Made by a program: the position numbers and the translations under genes. From the NCBI GenBank assembly GCA_963676795.2, contig CAXXTB010000002.1, positions 160,001-224,000 of the forward strand: a stretch of 64,000 nt of DNA. The letters are read 5' to 3'. This document shows, piece by piece, positions 57,846 to 64,000 of this stretch (its first letter is position 1; each line of letters begins with the position of its first letter). The DNA comes from Geopsychrobacteraceae bacterium (lineage in GTDB: Bacteria; Desulfobacterota; Desulfuromonadia; Desulfuromonadales; Geopsychrobacteraceae). The notes beneath the pieces are model-generated. The model was not told the origin of the DNA. It made no database searches and saw nothing but the letters and a program-made list of their open reading frames with translations.

Positions 57846-58199
57846 ATGACCGCCGTTGATGTCAGAACGCAACTCGAAACCCTGCTTGACCTGCTGCGTC
57901 AGGAGCGCGAATGCGCCATGGCTCTCGATATGCAGGGGCTGCAAGCGGTTGTCGAGAACAAGGAAGCTCTGCTGGCAGGGCTGACGCTTGAGCGTGAAGA
58001 TGTCGTCGGCCTGGAAGACCTTCTGCGCAAGATAGATAATGAAAACAGGCGTAACGCCTTTTTGCTCTGGACCGGCCTTAACTGGGTCCGGGATTTGATG
58101 GGCTTTTTCGGTAAGGCCGCCATGCCGCAGGTCTATGGACAGAGCGGCAGTTCCAGGACCCTGACACAAGGCGGACGCTTACTCTCCGGGAAGGTGTGA
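57846..58199 (+). CDS. flgN: Export chaperone FlgN
   Basis: LL..E...., N..N..L, YG..G; located between flgM and flgK. Confidence 0.85.
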   Translation: MTAVDVRTQLETLLDLLRQERECAMALDMQGLQAVVENKEALLAGLTLEREDVVGLEDLLRKIDNENRRNAFLLWTGLNWVRDLMGFFGKAAMPQVYGQSGSSRTLTQGGRLLSGKV

Positions 58200-58200
58200 T

Positions 58201-59583
58201 ATGGGTTTAGCTGCAGCACTCAATTCAGGACGTTCTTCACTGCAGACCAACCAGAAGGCGATCGAGATCACCGGCCTGAATATTGCCAACGTCAATACCG
58301 AAGGCTATTCTCGCCAGACGCCGAACATGACCCCGTATCCGGCTCTGGCCTTCGGCGATTTCTTTATCGGCACCGGCGTCACTGTCGGTTCTGTCGAACG
58401 TTCCCACGATGTCTTTCTCGATGGTCAGATCAAGGATAAGTCGGCCGATGTCGGCCTGGAGAGCAGTATGGCCAATCCGCTGGCCGAGCTGGAGCGAGTC
58501 CTGAACATCGATGATGGCAGCCTGTCCGATGAGTTCGATCAGTTCTTTGACGCCTGGCGGCAGTTGTCGACCAATCCGGGTGGTGAGGTCGAGCGCCAGC
58601 AGGTCCTGCAGCGCGGCGAACTGATCGGCGACGCTTTTGCCAATATCTATAACGAGACCCAGCAGGTCGTTAAAAATATCAACAATACCATCGTTTCGAA
58701 GATCGACGGTGTCAATCTGGCGGTCGATGAGATCGCTCAGCTGAATAACCGGATCTCGTCTCTGGAGCTGTCCGGTCAGGACGCCAATTCCGACCGTGAC
58801 CGGCGTGACTATCTGCTCAAGAACCTGGCTGAATCGATCGGGGCAACCAGTTTCGAAACCTCGACCGGTACGGTTTCGGTGCAGTTGGGCAACGGTATGC
58901 CGTTGGTCGAAGGCAACGAAGCGACCCATATCGCCGCCGTTTACAACGGCACCGACGTCAATCTTCAGCTCGAGTACGGCACCGCCAATATCGATCTGGA
59001 GCGGACGGCGATGGGGGGCGAGTTCCGTGGCCTCTATGAGGTGCGCGATGTGGTGATTCCCGACGCCGTCAATCGTCTCGATCAGCTGGCCTATACCTTC
59101 GCCACTGAAGTCAATGCCATGCACCAGGCCGGGACCGATCTGAACGGCAATCCTGGACAGGATTTTTTCGTTCAGCCAGCGGCTGTCACTGACGCGGCTG
59201 CCTCGCTGACGATGAACATCACGATGACGGCTGAGATTGCAGCGGGAACCTCTGCTGCTCATGGAGATAACACCAATTCTCTGGCCATTCTTCAGCTTGA
59301 ACAGCAGCAGTTTGCGGCTTTGGGCGGCAACGATACCTTCGTCTCCTATTATGGCAAAATCGTTTCGACCGTTGGCGTTGAGGCGGCCCGTAACAACCAG
59401 GCCAGGCAGGGGTATGAAGACAGTCTGATCCAGTTGCAGAACCTGCGCGACGGCATCGACGGGGTTTCCCTGGAAGATGAAATGATCAACCTGATGCAAT
59501 ACCAGAAAGGCTTCGAGGCTTCAGCCAAGTTCCTGTCGACGATTGATGAAATGATGGGAACCCTGCTGACACTGAAAAGTTAG
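58201..59583 (+). CDS. flgK: Hook-associated protein FlgK
   Basis: NIANVNTEGYSRQ, GVSLEDEMINLMQYQ. Confidence 0.96.
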   Translation: MGLAAALNSGRSSLQTNQKAIEITGLNIANVNTEGYSRQTPNMTPYPALAFGDFFIGTGVTVGSVERSHDVFLDGQIKDKSADVGLESSMANPLAELERVLNIDDGSLSDEFDQFFDAWRQLSTNPGGEVERQQVLQRGELIGDAFANIYNETQQVVKNINNTIVSKIDGVNLAVDEIAQLNNRISSLELSGQDANSDRDRRDYLLKNLAESIGATSFETSTGTVSVQLGNGMPLVEGNEATHIAAVYNGTDVNLQLEYGTANIDLERTAMGGEFRGLYEVRDVVIPDAVNRLDQLAYTFATEVNAMHQAGTDLNGNPGQDFFVQPAAVTDAAASLTMNITMTAEIAAGTSAAHGDNTNSLAILQLEQQQFAALGGNDTFVSYYGKIVSTVGVEAARNNQARQGYEDSLIQLQNLRDGIDGVSLEDEMINLMQYQKGFEASAKFLSTIDEMMGTLLTLKS

Positions 59584-59590
59584 GTGATTT

Positions 59591-60526
59591 ATGAGAGCGA
59601 CCCAGACCACGACATATCGCAGCCTGCAGGCGTTCCTTGACCGGACCAGTGACAAGTTGCAGAGCCTGCAACTACAGGCGGCAACCGGCAAGCGGATCAA
59701 CCGTCCGTCGGACGATCCCACAGCAATCAGTCCTGTTTTGAGTGCCCGGACCCAGATTCAGACCTCCGACCGCTACATTGAAACCATCGAAACGGGAAGT
59801 GACCGGATCGAAAACATGGATGGGTATCTTGACAGTATCGAGAATACCCTGGTTCGGGTCAAAGAGATCAATATCGCCGTTATTAATGGCTCATTGAGCG
59901 ATGAGGACAGGGCCACCTTTGCCGATGAGGTTCATCAGCTCAGGGAAACCCTGCTTTCCGATGCGAATGCCAGCGTTGATGGTAAATATCTTTTTGCCGG
60001 GTTCAATGAGAAAACGACACCCTTTGTTCGGAATCCGAATTATCCCGCAACCGAACCGAATCCGGTGACCTATACCGGTGATGACGGTGAGCTCGAATAT
60101 GAAATCGCCCCAAATGAACTGATCAAGGTCAATATGCCCGGCAACGGGTTCCTGATGGGCGATTTCAATTTTGACGGAACGACAGACGCCGGTGCTTACG
60201 ACATATTTTCAGTCGTGACTCAGTTGGAACAGGACATCCGTAACAATGATACGACGGCGTTGGCCAATTCGCTAGATAACATAGAAAATGCGACTAACCA
60301 GGTTCGCAGCCAGAGAAGCCTGTCAGGAAATGTCGGCAGTCGTTTGGAGACGGCTCTTTCCCATATGGAGCAGATCAAGATCGATATGGAAGAGTTCCGT
60401 TCCCGTTATGAGGATGCCGATCTGCTTGAGACTATCACCGACATGCAGCTGCAGGAACAGAGTTTTCAGGCGGCTCTGAACGTGACAGGCAAGGTTTCTG
60501 AGTTGTCGATTCTCAACTATCTTTAA
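59591..60526 (+). CDS. flgL: Hook-associated protein FlgL
   Basis: TGKRINRPSDDP, GKYLFAG, LSILNYL. Confidence 0.96.
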   Translation: MRATQTTTYRSLQAFLDRTSDKLQSLQLQAATGKRINRPSDDPTAISPVLSARTQIQTSDRYIETIETGSDRIENMDGYLDSIENTLVRVKEINIAVINGSLSDEDRATFADEVHQLRETLLSDANASVDGKYLFAGFNEKTTPFVRNPNYPATEPNPVTYTGDDGELEYEIAPNELIKVNMPGNGFLMGDFNFDGTTDAGAYDIFSVVTQLEQDIRNNDTTALANSLDNIENATNQVRSQRSLSGNVGSRLETALSHMEQIKIDMEEFRSRYEDADLLETITDMQLQEQSFQAALNVTGKVSELSILNYL

Positions 60527-60585
60527 CATCAGGTAACCAACAACCGAACGCGGAGGCGATCGGACAATCAGCCAGGAGGCGCAAT

Positions 60586-60822
60586 ATGTTAGTTCTGACC
60601 CGCAAACCAGGAGAAGGAATCATAATAGGTGACGATGTCAAGATTACCATCGTCGAACTCAAGGGAGGCGGCGTCCGGATCGGAGTCGATGCTCCTCGAG
60701 ATATGAAGGTTCACCGTCAGGAAGTATTTGATCGAATCAAAGAGGAGAACATGGAGGCTGCAAAGTGGGACATTGCCGATCTGAACGAGTTAAGCAGCAT
60801 CATCAAGCCGGGGAGGGACTAG
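60586..60822 (+). CDS. csrA: Carbon storage regulator CsrA
   Basis: MLVLTRK.GE.I.IGDD...VRIGVDAP....VHR.E. Confidence 0.97.
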   Translation: MLVLTRKPGEGIIIGDDVKITIVELKGGGVRIGVDAPRDMKVHRQEVFDRIKEENMEAAKWDIADLNELSSIIKPGRD

Positions 60823-60824
60823 CC

Positions 60825-61244
60825 ATGAACAAAATCCAATCCCGTTTTGGCGAAATCGAATACGATCCGGACAGCACCTTGTATTTTCCAGACGGTTTGA
60901 TCGGTTTTGAAACTCTGCGCCATTTTATTGTCATGCCGAATGAAAAAGAGGGACCTCTTTTCTGGATTCAGAGTGTTGATGACCCCCAGATTGCATTTGT
61001 TCTGACCGACCCGACCGATTTTTACTTTGATTATCTGGTGGCACCTGATCCGCGAGAAAGACAGAAGCTGGGTATCGAAGAAGACGATGAATGCCTGGTC
61101 ACGGTGATTGTCACTGTTCCGCCAAGTCGCGAGGTGACAATGAATCTGGCGGCACCGATTCTGTTCGCTCCCAAAACCAACAGAGCTCTTCAGGTTGTCC
61201 TCGAAGGGACGAATTTCAGTACACAGACTCCACTTCCCGACTGA
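60825..61244 (+). CDS. fliW: Flagellar assembly factor FliW
   Basis: SRFG, FPDGLIGFE, WIQS, MNLAAPI; adjacent to csrA. Confidence 0.95.
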   Translation: MNKIQSRFGEIEYDPDSTLYFPDGLIGFETLRHFIVMPNEKEGPLFWIQSVDDPQIAFVLTDPTDFYFDYLVAPDPRERQKLGIEEDDECLVTVIVTVPPSREVTMNLAAPILFAPKTNRALQVVLEGTNFSTQTPLPD

Positions 61245-61269
61245 CGAAGAGGGATATTCAGCTAATTAT

Positions 61270-61301
61270 AAAAGCTGCAGCTGGGGAAGCTGCAGCTTTT
61301 T
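61270..61301 (+). terminator. Intrinsic terminator after fliW
   Basis: AAAAGCTGCAGCT/AGCTGCAGCTTTT inverted repeat. Confidence 0.8.
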
Positions 61302-61388
61302 GTGTATATTGATATATGTCCTTATGTTAATCCTATTTGCTGAACATTTCGATAAGAATACTCTTTTGATCCTTGTTGGGAGGATAGT

Positions 61389-62399
61389 GTGCTAAATGGC
61401 AAATCAATTCTGATTACTGGCGGCACGGGATCATTCGGCCAGAAATTTGTCGAGGTCCTGTTCCGGGATTACCCGGATGTCGAGAGAGTGGTCATCTTCT
61501 CCCGAGATGAGCTGAAGCAGTTTGAAATGGCGCAGCGCTTTCCGAAATCCCGCTACGGGCAGATTCGCTATTTCCTCGGCGACGTGCGTGACAAGGACCG
61601 GGTCAAGCGTGCCTTGGAGGGGATCGATATCGTCGTCCATGCAGCTGCGCTCAAACAGGTTCCGGCCGCCGAATACAACCCCTTTGAAGTCATCAAAACA
61701 AATGTCCTGGGCGCTCAGAATATCATCGATGCCTGTTTCGATCTGGAGATTGAAAAAGTCATAGCCTTAAGTACTGACAAGGCTGCCGCTCCGATCAACC
61801 TTTACGGGGCAACCAAGCTCTGTTCCGACAAACTCTTCGTTGCCGCGAACAACATGAAAGGGAAGCGGGACATCAGACTTTCCGTTGTCAGGTACGGTAA
61901 TGTTCTTGGCAGCCGTGGCAGCGTCATTCCTTTTTTTCTGAAAAAAAAGCAGGAGGGTACATCCATCCCCATTACTGACAAAAGAATGACCCGTTTCAGT
62001 ATTACGTTGGATCAGGGAGTTGCTTTTGTTTTCAAAGCCTTGGAAGTCATGCTCGGCGGGGAGATTTTTGTCCCCAAGATTCCGAGCGTAAGAATTACCG
62101 ATCTGGCAGAGGCTATTGCACCTGGGATACCTCAGGAAGTTGTCGGGATACGGCCGGGAGAGAAAATCGACGAAGAGATGATTACCGAGACCGACGGACC
62201 TAATACTCTGGAGTTTGAGAACTATTACACGATTCTTCCGTCGATCGATTTTTTTGACAGACAGAAACTGAAGAGGTCTTTCAAAGGTAAGAAATGTCCG
62301 GCCGGATTTAAATATAACAGTGGTAATAATCCTGAATGGCTGAGCGTGGAACAAATTCGAACCCTGGTCGCAGGTTATATTGCTGAATATGGCGAATGA
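61389..62399 (+). CDS. pseB: UDP-N-acetylglucosamine 4,6-dehydratase (inverting), PseB-like
   Basis: TGGTGSFG, SRDELKQ, HAAALKQVPAAEYNP, NLYGATKL, RYGNV.GSRGSV. Confidence 0.92.
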   Translation: MLNGKSILITGGTGSFGQKFVEVLFRDYPDVERVVIFSRDELKQFEMAQRFPKSRYGQIRYFLGDVRDKDRVKRALEGIDIVVHAAALKQVPAAEYNPFEVIKTNVLGAQNIIDACFDLEIEKVIALSTDKAAAPINLYGATKLCSDKLFVAANNMKGKRDIRLSVVRYGNVLGSRGSVIPFFLKKKQEGTSIPITDKRMTRFSITLDQGVAFVFKALEVMLGGEIFVPKIPSVRITDLAEAIAPGIPQEVVGIRPGEKIDEEMITETDGPNTLEFENYYTILPSIDFFDRQKLKRSFKGKKCPAGFKYNSGNNPEWLSVEQIRTLVAGYIAEYGE

Positions 62400-63543
62400 A
62401 AATTATCTGCCCTACGGGCGACAGCAGATCACAGAAGATGATATTGACGCTGTTGTTGAGGCCTTGCGTTCTGACTGGTTGACAACCGGGCCAATGGTTG
62501 AAAAATTCGAACAGGCTGCCGCCGACTTCGTCGGAACTAAACACGCTGTCGCTGTATCCAGTGGAACAGCAGCGTTGCATGCCGCAATGTTTGCTATTGG
62601 GATTGGACCCGGAGATGAGGTGATTGTTCCGCCGATAACTTTTGTCGCGACGGCAAATGCGATCGTTTATCAGGGAGGGATACCGGTTTTCGTCGATGTT
62701 GAGCCTGATACCCTGTTGATTGATCCAAATGTAATTGAAGCGAAAATCACGCCTCAAACTAAAGCAATTCTTGCCGTTGATTATGCCGGCCAACCTTGTG
62801 ATTACGTTGCCTTAAGAGATATAGCAGGTCGCCATGGTCTATTGCTGATTTCAGACGCCTGCCATTCTTTAGGGGCAGAGTACAACGATTGTAGGGTTGG
62901 AGCTTTGGCAGATCTGACAGTGTTCAGTTTTCATCCAGTTAAACCGATAACGACTGCTGAAGGTGGGATGGTTGTAACCGATAGTCTTGAGTGGACGGAT
63001 CGGATGAGGCAGTTTCGTAATCACGGAATTACCACTGATCATAAGCAACGAATCCGCCAGTCTGTCTGGCATTACGAGATGACAGAATTAGGTTACAACT
63101 ATCGATTATCAGACATTCATTGTGCTTTGGGATTAAGTCAGCTGAAAAAACTGCCGATAAATATCAAGGCAAGACAACGTCTCGCAGAATATTATGATCT
63201 GTTGTTTGAAGGTGTGTCCGAAGTTGAATGTTTGAGGACATTGCCAGGTAGAGCCAACGGCTATCATCTTTATGTGGTAAAGCTTGCTGGGCGGGATCGG
63301 ATATTCAGGAGCCTACGAAGTAGTAATGTGGGATGCAACGTGCACTATTTACCCGTTCATCTGCAGCCTTATTATCGGAGAACATTCGGGACGGGCAGTG
63401 GTGATTGTCCAATTGCAGAGCGGGTTGCTGAAGAGATCTTGAGCTTGCCAATATTTCCTGCAATGCAGGAAGGGGATGCGGCTCGCGTTGTGGGTTTAAT
63501 AGCGCAGGAAGTGCGCCGGAGCGTGAGTGGGAATAAGCTATAA
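62389..63543 (+). CDS. pseC: DegT/DnrJ family sugar aminotransferase, PseC-like
   Basis: LPYGRQ.I, LTTGP, SFHPVK.ITTAEGG, GYNYR; follows pseB. Confidence 0.88.
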   Translation: MANENYLPYGRQQITEDDIDAVVEALRSDWLTTGPMVEKFEQAAADFVGTKHAVAVSSGTAALHAAMFAIGIGPGDEVIVPPITFVATANAIVYQGGIPVFVDVEPDTLLIDPNVIEAKITPQTKAILAVDYAGQPCDYVALRDIAGRHGLLLISDACHSLGAEYNDCRVGALADLTVFSFHPVKPITTAEGGMVVTDSLEWTDRMRQFRNHGITTDHKQRIRQSVWHYEMTELGYNYRLSDIHCALGLSQLKKLPINIKARQRLAEYYDLLFEGVSEVECLRTLPGRANGYHLYVVKLAGRDRIFRSLRSSNVGCNVHYLPVHLQPYYRRTFGTGSGDCPIAERVAEEILSLPIFPAMQEGDAARVVGLIAQEVRRSVSGNKL

Positions 63544-63660
63544 TCAAGCGCTTGCATAAGAGATGAAAATAATATACCGCGACTAGAATTTATTTTTATC
63601 GTGTGAAAAGTCACAAAACACTGATCTGTAAATGCATTGTAATGGTAAGGAGAATGTCTG

Positions 63661-64000
63661 GTGATCAAGGTAGGAATTATTGGCTTCGGCAAAATGGGAA
63701 AGATCAGAGCTGAGGCTGTTTCTGTTGATGGGAGGGGCAAGGTCGTTGGTATTTACGATGAAAATTCGGATACTTTGACTGATCGCTATGCCTGTTATGA
63801 GAGTGCGGAGAAGATGATTTCTTCCCCCGAATTTGATGCTTTGTTTATTTGTACCCCCAACTTTCTGAACAAATCTCTGACGATAAATGCTTTAAGAAGT
63901 GGCAAACATGTTTTTTGTGAGAAACCACCAGCGTTTACTGCAGAGGAAGTTGAGGAGATTATTCAGGCTGAAAGGATATCGGGGAAAAAACTGATGTATG
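63661..64000 (+). CDS. Gfo/Idh/MocA family oxidoreductase (partial; runs off window)
   Basis: GTG start after AAGGAG; KVGIIGFGKMG Rossmann motif, ICTPN, GKHVFCEKP. Confidence 0.9.
   Translation, partial: MIKVGIIGFGKMGKIRAEAVSVDGRGKVVGIYDENSDTLTDRYACYESAEKMISSPEFDALFICTPNFLNKSLTINALRSGKHVFCEKPPAFTAEEVEEIIQAERISGKKLMY

Noticed and set aside
2496..59499. Long antisense ORFs (e.g. 2496-4199, 24638-25969, 26975-28288, 29675-31168, 46992-48152, 53903-55066, 58237-59499)
   Set aside because: They shadow well-supported genes on the opposite strand, as expected with GC-rich codon usage, and show no recognisable motifs.

Overview
Bacterial chromosomal window. Gene content and order suggest a Desulfuromonadales/Geobacter-like deltaproteobacterium (inference). 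Bases 1-552 are the 3' end of a group II intron (RT/maturase C-terminus, domains V and VI) sitting directly against a palindromic REP-like element. Bases ~0.9-25.8 kb hold mixed housekeeping and accessory genes: rhodanese, Tex, nitroreductase, a MoxR/DUF58 operon, a pilin, two chemoreceptors, a Gate-domain protein, a RelE-like protein, SulP, GIY-YIG, a Spy/CpxP-like protein, MFS and a molybdopterin oxidoreductase. Bases 26.0-61.2 kb are a near-complete flagellar cluster (flgB through flgL-csrA-fliW). The start of a pseB/pseC-type glycosylation locus follows. The most striking unannotated signal is at 14.1-14.7 kb: an apparent sigma54-driven operon of three paralogous 31-33 aa hydrophobic micropeptides, absent from the ORF track, each with its own strong RBS and a clear excess of synonymous changes. 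It lies divergent from an orphan RelE-like gene with a CxxC-CxxC insert. Also notable are four-unit ATYTSAR heptamer tracts in three flagellar spacers, one duplicated as a 54-bp unit that forms a translationally coupled micro-ORF, and a two-hairpin leader before flgE. All product calls come from motif recognition only; no database searches were run.
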